64,000 bases of DNA, from the NCBI GenBank assembly GCA_043804895.1, contig JAZDIN010000025.1:32001-96000 (forward strand), read 5' to 3'. The stretch's first letter is position 1, and each line of letters opens with the position of its first letter. This DNA comes from Candidatus Altiarchaeota archaeon. Lineage in GTDB: Archaea; Altiarchaeota; Altiarchaeia; IMC4; SCGC-AAA252-I15. This document shows positions 8,425 through 18,610 of this stretch, piece by piece. The notes beneath the pieces were generated by a model. The model saw only the letters and a list, made by a program, of their open reading frames with translations. It did not search any database and was not told the origin of the DNA. A program made the translations under genes and the position numbers.

Positions 8425-9729
8425 TTAAATATACTCGTTTTTGAGCAGGTGTTTAACTGCTTCGTGTAGGTTTTTGAACGTGTAGTCTGGTTTGACATCG
8501 TATTTGCCGTCTCTGCAGGCGTGGCCTGTTTTCACGCCAACGGTCTTTATTCCCGCGTTTTTGCCGAGTTTTATGTCTCTTGTCGAGTCTCCGATTATGT
8601 ACGATTTTTTCAGGTCTATGTTGAACCTTCTAGCTGCCTCCCTTATCATCCCCGTCTTCGGCTTACGGCATTCGCAGTCTGTCTTGTATCTTCGATTTTC
8701 CCCGTTGTATCCTCTATCCGGGTGGTGGGGGCACCAGTAGATTGCATCTAGTTTTGCGCCTTCCTTGCCAAGGAGGGTTTCCATCTTCTTATGGACCTCC
8801 TCAACATCTTTGAAGGTGCAGAGGCCTCTTGCCACGACCGGCTGGTTTGTTACTACGATAGCAAGGTGTCCTGATTCGTTTATCCTTCTTATCGCCTCTA
8901 CCGAGCCTGGGATGAGTTCGAAGTTTATGGCTTCGTTGAGGAGGTGTCTTTCCACGTTTATGACTCCGTCTCTATCAAGAAAGAATGCAGGCCTCTTTTT
9001 CTCTAGGTTGTATTTTCTTGGCAGTCCCCTTGTGTAGTCCCTCCTCACCTGCCTCAGCCTTTCAGGGGTCCCCATGTCCTTTATGTATTCCGGCGTGTTG
9101 TATCCGAATACTCTTTCCTTTGCCTTAATCATCCTTGGGAACACTTCCCTGTAAAGGTCTGATTTTCCCCTTCTTGGTATATGCCTGAGTACTCTCTCAG
9201 ATAGAACGTGAACTCCGGCGTTGACAAGGTTAGTGTAGAATCTGCCATTCTGCATTGGTTTCCGGTGGAAGGCCGTTATCCTACACCGTGAATCCATTTC
9301 CAGGAGGTCTGAGTCATTTGGGTGGTTGTTCGGGTGTATTGTTAGCGTGGCGTTGGCTTTTTTTGCCTTGTGGAATTCCACAAGTTTTTTCAGGTTCATG
9401 TCCACCATTACGTCGCCGTTGAGGAGGATGAAGTATCCTTTGATTTTTCCTTCAATCAGTCTAAGGCAGCCTGCAGACCCAAGTGGTTTGTCTTCGATGG
9501 AGTATTCGATTCTGGCTTTGAATCCCCTCCCGTCTCCGAAGTGGTCCTCTATCCTCCCGGACACGTGGCCTGTGCAGAGTATTATGTCCTTGAACCCGTA
9601 TCTTGTGAGCAGTCTTATCTGGTGTTCTAGTAGTGGCTTACCACCCACTTCGATCATAGGTTTCGGGGTTTTTTCAGTCAGTTTCCCGAGTCTTTCACCT
9701 CTGCCGCCTGCGAGTATTACTGCCTTCAT
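8425..9729 (-). CDS. Fused sugar-1-phosphate nucleotidyltransferase (HddC-like) / heptose-1,7-bisphosphate phosphatase (GmhB-like)
   Basis: N-terminal ILAGGRGERL...PKPM; C-terminal HAD FLDRDGVIN, VTNQ, CPHHP, CECRKP and IGD. Confidence 0.88.
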   Translation of the reverse strand: MKAVILAGGRGERLGKLTEKTPKPMIEVGGKPLLEHQIRLLTRYGFKDIILCTGHVSGRIEDHFGDGRGFKARIEYSIEDKPLGSAGCLRLIEGKIKGYFILLNGDVMVDMNLKKLVEFHKAKKANATLTIHPNNHPNDSDLLEMDSRCRITAFHRKPMQNGRFYTNLVNAGVHVLSERVLRHIPRRGKSDLYREVFPRMIKAKERVFGYNTPEYIKDMGTPERLRQVRRDYTRGLPRKYNLEKKRPAFFLDRDGVINVERHLLNEAINFELIPGSVEAIRRINESGHLAIVVTNQPVVARGLCTFKDVEEVHKKMETLLGKEGAKLDAIYWCPHHPDRGYNGENRRYKTDCECRKPKTGMIREAARRFNIDLKKSYIIGDSTRDIKLGKNAGIKTVGVKTGHACRDGKYDVKPDYTFKNLHEAVKHLLKNEYI

Positions 9730-9777
9730 CTTTGGTAGTGATTTAATATTATAAGATAATATCTCTTGGAGGTTGAG

Positions 9778-10767
9778 ATGATAAGTCTACTTGCTGTTTT
9801 GGCGGTCTCGTTTGCGTTCACTTACCTGACTGTCCCCTGGTTCATTCCGCGGCTTTTGAAGGCTAAGATAGCAGGCAGGGACATGAACAAGCAGGGCAAC
9901 ATTGTTGTTCCTGAGATGGGCGGTTTCGCCATCATAGGCGGCTTTTTGGTCGGGGTGCTGTTCGCCATCGCCCTCACCACATTCAATGTGGTTGGCGTGG
10001 AGATGAACCTCACATACGTCCTGGCTTGTCTGTCAACCGTCCTCCTCATGGCATTGATAGGGGTCATAGATGACCTCCTACTCTTGGACCAGCGCGTTAA
10101 GGCAATCCTACCTGTCTTCGCAGCGTTGCCTTTGGTTGCAGTCAGCGCTGGGGTTCAATCGATGGAACTCCCTATTTTCGGCGTGGTCGACTTCGGTATA
10201 CTCTACCCGCTCATCGTAATACCTATCGCAATCACAGGGGCATCCAATGCGACTAACATGCTCGCCGGGTTCAACGGGCTTGAGGCCGGGTTGGGGATTG
10301 TCATGTGCTCGACCGTCGGGTTGGTGGCCTACAGTCTAGGTCGTGTCGAGGCTGTTGTCATCGTGTTCGCGATGCTTGGCGCCCTTTTGGCGTTCCTCAG
10401 GTACAATTGGTACCCTGCCAGGATCCTCATAGGCGATGTCGGGACTTTGAGCATCGGGGCTGTCGTCGCCTCGTCCGTGATTGTCGGCAACATAGAGAAG
10501 GTCGGCATCATACTGATAGCTCCATTCTTCCTCGAGCTTTACCTTAAGGCAAGAAGCAGGTTTAAGGCGCAATCATGGTGCGAGCTTAAGGGTGGCAGGC
10601 TCCTCTGCCCTAAGTTGAGCGAGGTTTATGGCATTGGTCGGCTTGTAATGTATATCAACGGGGGGGTATCGGAGAGGAAGCTTGTGCTGAGCATCATAGC
10701 GTTCGAGTGTCTCTTCGCATTACTTGCGTTGTATTCGTTTTCTGGGGTTTTATTGGCTACCATATGA
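9778..10767 (+). CDS. UDP-GlcNAc:polyprenyl-phosphate GlcNAc-1-P transferase (AglH/GPT, MraY family)
   Basis: VPEMGG, GVIDD, NATNMLAGFNGLEAG and YPARILIGDVG motifs; multiple TMs; GGAGGT upstream of the start. Confidence 0.9.
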   Translation: MISLLAVLAVSFAFTYLTVPWFIPRLLKAKIAGRDMNKQGNIVVPEMGGFAIIGGFLVGVLFAIALTTFNVVGVEMNLTYVLACLSTVLLMALIGVIDDLLLLDQRVKAILPVFAALPLVAVSAGVQSMELPIFGVVDFGILYPLIVIPIAITGASNATNMLAGFNGLEAGLGIVMCSTVGLVAYSLGRVEAVVIVFAMLGALLAFLRYNWYPARILIGDVGTLSIGAVVASSVIVGNIEKVGIILIAPFFLELYLKARSRFKAQSWCELKGGRLLCPKLSEVYGIGRLVMYINGGVSERKLVLSIIAFECLFALLALYSFSGVLLATI

Positions 10768-11888
10768 TGAAAGTCTGCATGGTTTCAAAGCACTTCCTCC
10801 CCTACTCTGGGGGTTTGGAGGTGAGGGTTCTGGAGCTGGCAAGGTGGCTTGTCGGCAAGGGAGAGAAGGTTCTGGTTTTGACCACTCACGAGCCCAGAAC
10901 CAAGTCATCAGAAGTTGTTGACGGCGTTGATGTGAGCAGGTCGAAGGTCTGGTTCAGTCTGTTCAACGGGCCATTCTCCCCAGGAGTGCTTCTTGACCTG
11001 TTAGAAAGAGAATATGACATTATTGACGTGAACCTTCCCGACCCTGTGGGTAGCGTCTGGGCTTACATCGCTTCTGTCATCAGGGGTAAGCCTCTATTCG
11101 TAACTTACCATGCCGACATATTGAAGGACGGGATAATCTTCCTACCTCTTAAAATAATATACGGCCCACTACACTGGATTCTGTTGCGGCGTGCTGTCAG
11201 AATCTTCGTAACATCCCCGAACTACGCACAGTCCTCGGCGGTGCTTTCTGGATTCATGGCCAAGGTCGTGGTCGCTCCAAGCTTCGTGGACCTTAAGAGG
11301 TACAATCCCTCGGTTGACAACTCAAAGGTCAGGGAGAAAATGGGTCTTTCAGGCAGGAAAGTTGTGTTGTTCGTAGGCAGGCTCGTGGAGTACAAGGGTT
11401 TAGATTACCTCGTCGAGGCAGCTGGAATGTTGAGCGATGCGGTTTTCGTGATTGTCGGCGACGGTCCCCTGAGAGGCAGACTGGAAAGGAAGGTATTGGC
11501 GTCTGGTGTCAAAAACGTACTCCTCGCAGGCCATGTCGGTGATGGCGAGCTTTCTGGCTACTACGGTGCTTGCGACGTCTTCGTCCTGCCTTCTGTCACG
11601 CGGCAGGAGGCGTTCGGCCTAGTCCTTGTTGAGGCGATGGCGTGCGGCAAACCCGTCGTCTCAACGAACTTCTCAGGGATGCCCTATGTCGTCGACGGCG
11701 GCGGCCTCCTGGTGGAACCCAGAGACGCTGTTGCATTAGCTGAGGCATTGGGCAAGATACTTGCGGACAGTGCCCTGGCATCTGACCTGGCGGAGAAGGG
11801 CGTTAAGAGGGTCAGGGATTTCTTTGCAAGGGATGTCGTGTGCTCTAAGATTAGTGAAATATATAAGTCTTCTGTTCGTAAGGGATAA
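10764..11888 (+). CDS. Glycosyltransferase family 4
   Basis: GGLE, LFVGRLVEYKG and EAFGLVLVEAMACGKP. Confidence 0.92.
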   Translation: MMKVCMVSKHFLPYSGGLEVRVLELARWLVGKGEKVLVLTTHEPRTKSSEVVDGVDVSRSKVWFSLFNGPFSPGVLLDLLEREYDIIDVNLPDPVGSVWAYIASVIRGKPLFVTYHADILKDGIIFLPLKIIYGPLHWILLRRAVRIFVTSPNYAQSSAVLSGFMAKVVVAPSFVDLKRYNPSVDNSKVREKMGLSGRKVVLFVGRLVEYKGLDYLVEAAGMLSDAVFVIVGDGPLRGRLERKVLASGVKNVLLAGHVGDGELSGYYGACDVFVLPSVTRQEAFGLVLVEAMACGKPVVSTNFSGMPYVVDGGGLLVEPRDAVALAEALGKILADSALASDLAEKGVKRVRDFFARDVVCSKISEIYKSSVRKG

Positions 11889-11891
11889 CCG

Positions 11892-12902
11892 ATGGTCATA
11901 CACACTCGCGCCCCTGTCAGGATAAGTTTCGGAGGCGGCGGAACCGACGTTTCACCATATACTGAAGAACATGGTGGATGCGTCGTCAGCGCCGCAATAA
12001 ACAAGTACGCATCGGGTAGTGTGGAGTTGAGGAAGGACAGGGAAATCCACCTGAAAGACAGCCACACCAAAGGTTTGACATTCAAGTCCACTGATGACAT
12101 AAAATACGGGACTCCACTCGACCTCCTTGCCGCAGTCGTCAAGAACATGCACTCCACTAAGGAAGGCCTCAACCTTAGGCTGCGTGGCGACGTGCCTCCA
12201 AGAAGCGGACTCGGGTCCTCGGCTTCGGCGTTCATAGCGCTGATAGGATTGTTCAATCACATGCGAAGGGAGTCGAGGATGACGGACTACGAGATAGCGG
12301 AGCTAGCGTACAACCTCGAACGCGAGGAACTCCACAACAAAGGCGGACGCCAGGACCAGTACGCGTCAGTGTTTGGGGGCATCAACTACATCGAGTTCCG
12401 CGGCCACGATTTCGTGAGGGTTAATCCAGTCCGGATGAGGAGGGCTCACCATCTTGAGCTTGAGAAAAACCTTGTACTCGTCCACATCATGGAACGCAGC
12501 AAATCAGGTGACATAATCTCAGACCAGATAGACTCCTATGTGAAGGGGAAGAAGGAAGTTGTGGCGGCTCTCCACAAAGTCAAAGCCCTAGCGGAGGAAA
12601 CCCACCACTCCCTCAGAAAAGGAGACCTCAACCGCTTCGGCGAGCTCCTGCACGAAGGATGGGTTGAGAAGAAAAAGTTCAGCCCGATGATGAGCAACGA
12701 ACACATAGACCGGCTGTACGAGAAGGCCCGCAAGCACGGCGCAATCGGGGGGAAGATAGGCGGAGCCGGCGGCGGAGGCCACATGATACTCTACTGCGAA
12801 TCAGGCAGGGAGGAAGAAGTCGCGAAGGTCTTCTCAGACGCTGGCTCGACAGTGAGAAGTTTCAGCTTTGACATGCACGGGCTTCAGACCTGGGAGGTGT
12901 GA
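11892..12902 (+). CDS. hddA: GHMP kinase, D-glycero-D-manno-heptose-7-phosphate 1-kinase (HddA-like)
   Basis: RAPVRISFGGGGTD, PPRSGLGSS, GGRQDQY and GAGGGG. Confidence 0.88.
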   Translation: MVIHTRAPVRISFGGGGTDVSPYTEEHGGCVVSAAINKYASGSVELRKDREIHLKDSHTKGLTFKSTDDIKYGTPLDLLAAVVKNMHSTKEGLNLRLRGDVPPRSGLGSSASAFIALIGLFNHMRRESRMTDYEIAELAYNLEREELHNKGGRQDQYASVFGGINYIEFRGHDFVRVNPVRMRRAHHLELEKNLVLVHIMERSKSGDIISDQIDSYVKGKKEVVAALHKVKALAEETHHSLRKGDLNRFGELLHEGWVEKKKFSPMMSNEHIDRLYEKARKHGAIGGKIGGAGGGGHMILYCESGREEEVAKVFSDAGSTVRSFSFDMHGLQTWEV

Positions 12903-14065
12903 GTTTGAGACTCGGCTACGTCAGCCAGTACTTCACCAGAGAGTACCGCGGCCCAGTCACTAACCTCCTTATTGAGCTTTCGAAGAAGGTTGACGTCGTC
13001 AACTACTCCTCAAAAGAAAGGCATGCCCAATACTACTCCGGCGGCGTCCACGCCATGGATTCCGAGAAAATCGGCGACCACCTCAGCCTGCGCAGGTATG
13101 AGGTTGGCTTGAAGTTGTCTGGTGTTCTCTTTCCGAAGAATCTCACCCCACTCATCTCGCAGGACAAGCTGGACATTATACAGTCTGAAGAATACTATCA
13201 GCCTGCGTCGCACATCGCATTCAAACATGCGCGGAAAAATGGCATACCATTTATATTCAACCACCGTGGAAGCGAGGAGCGGAAAAGAACGCTGAAGGAG
13301 CGCGTTTTCTTCACTATGGCGAATCCAATGAGTAGAGGCCTTGTCGAAGGCTCAGACGCGATTGTGTGCATCTCTGAGGCAGGGAAGAAGGCGTTGTGTG
13401 TTGTATTCCCCAAGGCACAGGACAAAGTCCACGTAATACCGAATTCAATAGACCCGCTATTATTCGACGGAGCAAATGGTCGCTCGTTCAGGTATGAATA
13501 CAGGATACCTGAAGCAAGCCCGCTCCTCCTATGTGTCGCCCGCCTACACTTCCAAAAGAGGATAGACCTCCTAATCAGGACATTCGCTGAGGTGAAGAAA
13601 CAGTCTCCTGATTCAGTCCTTTGCGTCGTAGGTCCGTGGTTTGATGAGGAGAAGAGGAAGGTCGATTCACTAATATCAAAGTTGAGGGTCGATGACGTGG
13701 TATTCACAGGACCTATACCAAACGACAACGTCAAGGACGCCTACGCGGCAGCCGACGTCGTCGCCATGACATCAGAATACGAACCGTTCGGCTACTGCCT
13801 CCTCGAGGCTATGTGCCTTTCCAAACCGGTTGTGGCATTCAACATAGGGGCGGTACCGGAGATAATAGAAGATGGCGTCAGCGGCTATCACATCCCATTT
13901 GCGGACACCAAAGGGTTGGGTATGAAAATCTCAACCCTCCTCAACGACAAGAAACTCTCAAAGAAGATGGGCAAGGAAGGTCTAAGGCGAGTGAACGAGA
14001 AGTTCAGCCTGAGCGACAACTCCAAACGACTGATCAAGCTTTACGAGAGAATGGTGAAAAGATAA
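12899..14065 (+). CDS. Glycosyltransferase family 4
   Basis: VARLHFQKR and EPFGYCLLEAM. Confidence 0.9.
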   Translation: MSLRLGYVSQYFTREYRGPVTNLLIELSKKVDVVNYSSKERHAQYYSGGVHAMDSEKIGDHLSLRRYEVGLKLSGVLFPKNLTPLISQDKLDIIQSEEYYQPASHIAFKHARKNGIPFIFNHRGSEERKRTLKERVFFTMANPMSRGLVEGSDAIVCISEAGKKALCVVFPKAQDKVHVIPNSIDPLLFDGANGRSFRYEYRIPEASPLLLCVARLHFQKRIDLLIRTFAEVKKQSPDSVLCVVGPWFDEEKRKVDSLISKLRVDDVVFTGPIPNDNVKDAYAAADVVAMTSEYEPFGYCLLEAMCLSKPVVAFNIGAVPEIIEDGVSGYHIPFADTKGLGMKISTLLNDKKLSKKMGKEGLRRVNEKFSLSDNSKRLIKLYERMVKR

Positions 14066-15612
14066 TGGCAGATGAGATATCCCTGAAGGACGTGATGCTG
14101 AAGGCAAGCGTCACAATGATGGCAATCATGGTAGCCTCAAGATTCCTAGGTTACTTATTCCACCTAATATTCGTCAGGTCATTCCCCCAAGAAGATTACG
14201 GCACATTCATCTTCGTCTGGTCCATGGGCCTCTTCCTGTGCGGTCTCATACCCAACATACCTGCTGCCATGGGCCGTTACGTCGCATTCTACCGCGGCGG
14301 AAAAGACAGTAAGGGGTTGGAGTCTACAATATCCACCGGCCTACTACTCAACACCGCTCTTTTAATCCTGGCTTTGGCCATCACCTCCACTATTTACCTG
14401 TCTGGATTATACTCATTCGGCATCAAAAACCATCCATCGTTCGCCTTCATGTTATCAGCCATGATACTGACCTCAGTGAGTTGCCTCTTTGGAGGCATAC
14501 TCACCGGCCACCGAAGGCCGGAGGTCTCGTCGTTCTTCAACTTCCTACAGAACCTGCTTAGAATATCAGCTGTTGTCTTAGCGGCACTGCTTTTGGCGTC
14601 CCTATGGGGTGTCATGGTCCTTGTGGCATTCTCATTCCTTCTTTCCACAATGCTCCTCATTATATACGAGCACAGGACCTACGGCTTCGGTCGCTCATTC
14701 GACGCTGGCATTGCGAAGAAACTCATCGGTTTCGGGTTTTTCAGCATCATCCACGTGACCTCAAACAACATGCTCTCCTGGGCTAACATATTCCTCCTGC
14801 AGTTCTTCCTAAGTTCGGCAGTCGTTGCGGTCTACAACGTCGCATGGCTTGCATCGACAGTCAATTTGCTCTTCTTCACAGCTGTGCTTCAGATATTCTC
14901 CCCCGTGGTGACTGAGCTGTTCGGTGCCAAGAAAAGTGAAAGGATATCCTACATCACCTCCTACCTCATTGAATCATTCTTCCTCCTGTTCCTACCCATT
15001 TTCCTCGCGGTGTTTATTTTCGCTCGTGAAATCCTTGTCCTGTTCGTAACTTCAGACTACCTCCAGGCAGCTGACCCCCTTCGAATACTCTCATTAAACG
15101 CGTTCTTCTTCGGCATAGCGATGCTATTCATAGAGCTTATCAACGCGGAAGGCAGGCCTGAGCTTAACGCCAGGAACATCGGATTCGGTGCACTGTTGAA
15201 TTTGGCCCTGAACCTGTTGTTAATACCTCCGTTAGGGATGTTTGGCTCAGCGTTGGCGACGCTCGCATCATCAGTCGCAATACTGCTTCTGTCATACGGT
15301 CACGTGAGGGGCGTAGTGCGACTGTCATACTCTCCCCTCAGGATATGCAAACTATTCGCATCCTCGATTCTAACCATCCTCTCCATCTCTGTCATCAAGG
15401 AGGCTGTTGAGGCCTCGGTAATATCACTCGTCTTGTCGTCAGTATCCCTCGTCCTCATCTACTGCCTGCTGGTTGTCGCATTGAAGTCCCTACGGCAGGA
15501 GGACGTGATGCTGGCATCGACTCTTATGGACAAGTTCAAGATCCCGACCGTACTCAGACATGGTATCTCACGCCTCCTAGGATACGGCGTCTACTCTAAG
15601 ACTTCCTCGTAA
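14065..15612 (+). CDS. Oligosaccharide flippase (Wzx/MOP family)
   Basis: Many TM segments with the polysaccharide-biosynthesis pattern (EDYG, VAVYNVA, LLIPPLGMFGSALAT). Likely start is ATG 14065. Confidence 0.85.
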   Translation: MADEISLKDVMLKASVTMMAIMVASRFLGYLFHLIFVRSFPQEDYGTFIFVWSMGLFLCGLIPNIPAAMGRYVAFYRGGKDSKGLESTISTGLLLNTALLILALAITSTIYLSGLYSFGIKNHPSFAFMLSAMILTSVSCLFGGILTGHRRPEVSSFFNFLQNLLRISAVVLAALLLASLWGVMVLVAFSFLLSTMLLIIYEHRTYGFGRSFDAGIAKKLIGFGFFSIIHVTSNNMLSWANIFLLQFFLSSAVVAVYNVAWLASTVNLLFFTAVLQIFSPVVTELFGAKKSERISYITSYLIESFFLLFLPIFLAVFIFAREILVLFVTSDYLQAADPLRILSLNAFFFGIAMLFIELINAEGRPELNARNIGFGALLNLALNLLLIPPLGMFGSALATLASSVAILLLSYGHVRGVVRLSYSPLRICKLFASSILTILSISVIKEAVEASVISLVLSSVSLVLIYCLLVVALKSLRQEDVMLASTLMDKFKIPTVLRHGISRLLGYGVYSKTSS

Positions 15613-16718
15613 AGCTGCATAGTCTTTGCTGCTATACTATCCCAAGAATGCGGCAGAGCGCTCTTTCTGGCTTTCGCGCTCATCCTGCCTAGGAGGTCAT
15701 CATCCAGCACGTGTCTGACCTTCTCTGCAATGTCCTTTCCCTCCCTCTCTATGAAGAATCCGTTCTCCCCCTCCCTTATCAAATCCTCAGTGCCGTTAAC
15801 GAGGGTCGCAAGGACTGGAAGGCCTGATGCAGCCGCCTCGAGCGTGGCCATGCTAAACCCCTCATATGCGGTCGGGAACACGAATAGGTCGGCTGATGCA
15901 TAGTACTTCCTGGCTTCACTTGAGTGTCCTGTGAACACGACTCTATCACTGACGCCCAATTCAGCAGCGCGTCTCTCATAAGGTTGTCTTTTGTCGCCGC
16001 CGACTGCGACCAGTTTCACGTCCTTCGGCAGGTGTGGTAAGGCCTCGATTACGTGCCTCAGGCCCTTTCTCTTGAACTCCCATCCAACGAATAGTAGGAC
16101 GATGTCGTTTTCATCGATTCCGTGCATTCTCCTGACGTCAGTCCTGTATAACTTCCTGTTCTCTGGTGTGAACTCCTCTATGTTGACACCGTTTGGTATC
16201 AGCCTAATGTACTCATCAGGGACCCCATAGTAATGTTGTACCTCCCTGAGGTTGCCCTTTGACAAGGCAATCAACTTCTTAAAGTTCCTGTGCGTTAGGT
16301 TGTACTTCTCTATTTGTAAGACGATGTTTGACGCGGGCTCGAAGGTCTTCAGCACCCTATACCCGAAGCCCCTCTCCCTCTTGAACTGTTCGACCGCAGC
16401 CTTATGGCAGCTTGGCGCCTTAAGTATGTTCTGGTAAAGCGACTCAGCCCCCTGACTGTGTATGATGTCGAATTTATGTTCCTTGTCGAGCTTCCTTGCG
16501 AACACCGTGTTCTTCACTGCATTGAGGCCGATTAGCATATAATACGGCCATCGTGGTATCGGGATCTTGTGGAATGTCACGCCGTCTATGTCGTGTTTCT
16601 GCCATGTAGTCAGGACGTGGACTTCATTGTCTTTCGCGAACCTTTCAGCCAGTTCGACAGCGTATTTCGCGACCGCGCCCTGCTTGAAAAAGCTTGCAGT
16701 CAGGAAAAGTATTTTCAC
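15591..16718 (-). CDS. Glycosyltransferase family 4 (WaaG-like)
   Basis: LFVGWEFKRKG and YEGFSMATLEAAASGLP. Confidence 0.9.
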   Translation of the reverse strand: MKILFLTASFFKQGAVAKYAVELAERFAKDNEVHVLTTWQKHDIDGVTFHKIPIPRWPYYMLIGLNAVKNTVFARKLDKEHKFDIIHSQGAESLYQNILKAPSCHKAAVEQFKRERGFGYRVLKTFEPASNIVLQIEKYNLTHRNFKKLIALSKGNLREVQHYYGVPDEYIRLIPNGVNIEEFTPENRKLYRTDVRRMHGIDENDIVLLFVGWEFKRKGLRHVIEALPHLPKDVKLVAVGGDKRQPYERRAAELGVSDRVVFTGHSSEARKYYASADLFVFPTAYEGFSMATLEAAASGLPVLATLVNGTEDLIREGENGFFIEREGKDIAEKVRHVLDDDLLGRMSAKARKSALPHSWDSIAAKTMQLYEEVLE

Positions 16719-18610
16719 CCCCCAGCCTCCTCCATGAAAATCTCATGCCATGTCTTAAAGCAGTGTAACAGCCCCCAAAGCCTACGACCGTTCTCGTATT
16801 CTGTGTCTTTCGCCCTGGATTTCATGTAATGTTCAAGCAACCTCATTGTATTGGCTTTCCTGAAGTACTCTGTTCTGTCAATGAACTTCAAGACATTATC
16901 GAAGTCTGCCTTCAGTTCCTCCTTCAGCCACGCATCGAATGGTATCTCGAACCCGTGTTTTTTCCGCCTGACTATGCTCTTTGGGAGAATGTCTTTCACA
17001 GCCTTCCTGAAGATCATCTTATCCTTGCCTGCAATGCCGACCTTCATATAGGATGGTATCGTGTAAGCGTGTTCCACGAGCAGTTGGTCCAAGAGCGGAG
17101 ACCTAGCTTCTACAGAATGTGCCATCGTCATCTTATCTACCTTCATTAGGAAGTCCTCAGCAAGCCATGTCTTCACGTCAAGATAAAGTATCCTGTTCAG
17201 GAAATCATTGCCTTTCGACTCCTTTGCATGTGATATGTGGGGCTCAACAGTCAGCTCATATGGATTCGACTCGAAGATATCACGAGCTAGGACATCTTTC
17301 TTATACTCCTCTGTGAGCACCCTCGAGCCCCTGATGTACGTCCCCTTTAAGTCTCTCGCACTCCTGATAACATTTCTAACGTCCCTTGAGTCAGCCATGT
17401 TATCCATGAGGTCGCCGACGTGTTTATTGTCAGCAGCAAGGTTCAAAAGACGTGAAGTGAGCGGGATGTTGAATAGGAACTCCCGCTTTCTAACCCACCT
17501 GTACTTCGAATACCCCCCATACAGCTCATCGCCTCCGTCGCCTGTGAGATACACCGTCGCATGCTTCTTCGCGTATTTGCTCATAAGGTATGTCGGGACA
17601 ATAGCATAGTCAGCAATCGGTTCGTCAATGTGCCATACAATATCCCTAAACGATTTCATCGCATCACCGCCAATCACGATTTCAGTATGCTCGGTGTTGA
17701 ATTTTTCAGCGACTATGCGCGAGTAGGGTCGCTCGTCAAGTCCGCCCCATTCAAACCCGATGGATATAGTCTTCACAGTCTCTTCCCCTAGTCTAGAAGC
17801 CAAAGCCACAATGGTGCTGGAGTCAAGCCCGCCAGAGAGGTATACGCCAAGCGGGACGTCGCTCACCAGCCTCATAGCGACCGCATCCTCAAGGAGCATC
17901 ATCATCCCAGATATGAACTGTCGTTCGCTCTTGGCCACATTACTCTCAAGGTCAATATCCCAATACTTTTCTAACATGACCCTACCTTCCCTCACAGTCA
18001 TATGGTGTCCAGGCCTCAGCTTGTGCACCCCATCGAACATAGTCAGAGGTGCTGGGACGTACTGGTGGGTCATGTAGGCGTTCAAACCTTCCAATGAAAC
18101 CTTCCTCACGAATCCAGGATACCTAAGCATCGCCTTTATCTCAGAGGCGAATATGAAATTGCCTTCCACTAGGGAGTAGTAAAGCGGCTTCTTCCCAAGT
18201 CTGTCCCTGGCCAGGAAAAGGCGTTCCCCCTTCCTGTCCCATATTGCGAATGCGAACATGCCTCTTAGTTTTTTCACGCAGTCTTTGCCGTATTCCTCGA
18301 AGCTGTGTATTATGACTTCCGTGTCTGTGTCGGTCCTGAACCTGTGTCCTTTGGCTTCTAGGTCTGCTCGCAGACTCTTGAAGTTGTATATCTCCCCGTT
18401 GTAGACTATCCATATGTCTCCGTCCTCGTTGCACATCGGCTGGCGGCCTCGTTCGCTCAGGTCTATGATGCTCAACCTAGTGTGGCCGAGGCTGATTCCC
18501 GCATCAGTGTATACTCCAGAATCATCCGGCCCACGATGCCTGAGAGATTCTCCCATCCTCTCAAGAAGTCCTCTGTCATCAACACCCAGTATGCCGAATA
18601 TCCCGCACAT
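16715..18610 (-). CDS. asnB: Asparagine synthase-like glutamine amidotransferase (AsnB family)
   Basis: MCGIFG Ntn start, HRGPD, RLSIIDL, LSGGLDSS and GDGGDEL. Confidence 0.93.
   Translation of the reverse strand: MCGIFGILGVDDRGLLERMGESLRHRGPDDSGVYTDAGISLGHTRLSIIDLSERGRQPMCNEDGDIWIVYNGEIYNFKSLRADLEAKGHRFRTDTDTEVIIHSFEEYGKDCVKKLRGMFAFAIWDRKGERLFLARDRLGKKPLYYSLVEGNFIFASEIKAMLRYPGFVRKVSLEGLNAYMTHQYVPAPLTMFDGVHKLRPGHHMTVREGRVMLEKYWDIDLESNVAKSERQFISGMMMLLEDAVAMRLVSDVPLGVYLSGGLDSSTIVALASRLGEETVKTISIGFEWGGLDERPYSRIVAEKFNTEHTEIVIGGDAMKSFRDIVWHIDEPIADYAIVPTYLMSKYAKKHATVYLTGDGGDELYGGYSKYRWVRKREFLFNIPLTSRLLNLAADNKHVGDLMDNMADSRDVRNVIRSARDLKGTYIRGSRVLTEEYKKDVLARDIFESNPYELTVEPHISHAKESKGNDFLNRILYLDVKTWLAEDFLMKVDKMTMAHSVEARSPLLDQLLVEHAYTIPSYMKVGIAGKDKMIFRKAVKDILPKSIVRRKKHGFEIPFDAWLKEELKADFDNVLKFIDRTEYFRKANTMRLLEHYMKSRAKDTEYENGRRLWGLLHCFKTWHEIFMEEAGG

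Noticed and set aside
13813-14064. Long N-terminal extensions in the ORF track (also at 2049, 10707, 19869, 21120, 35679, 47979, 51005, 53510, 61962)
   Set aside because: They overlap neighbouring genes or promoters. Downstream starts match family N-termini and operon coupling.
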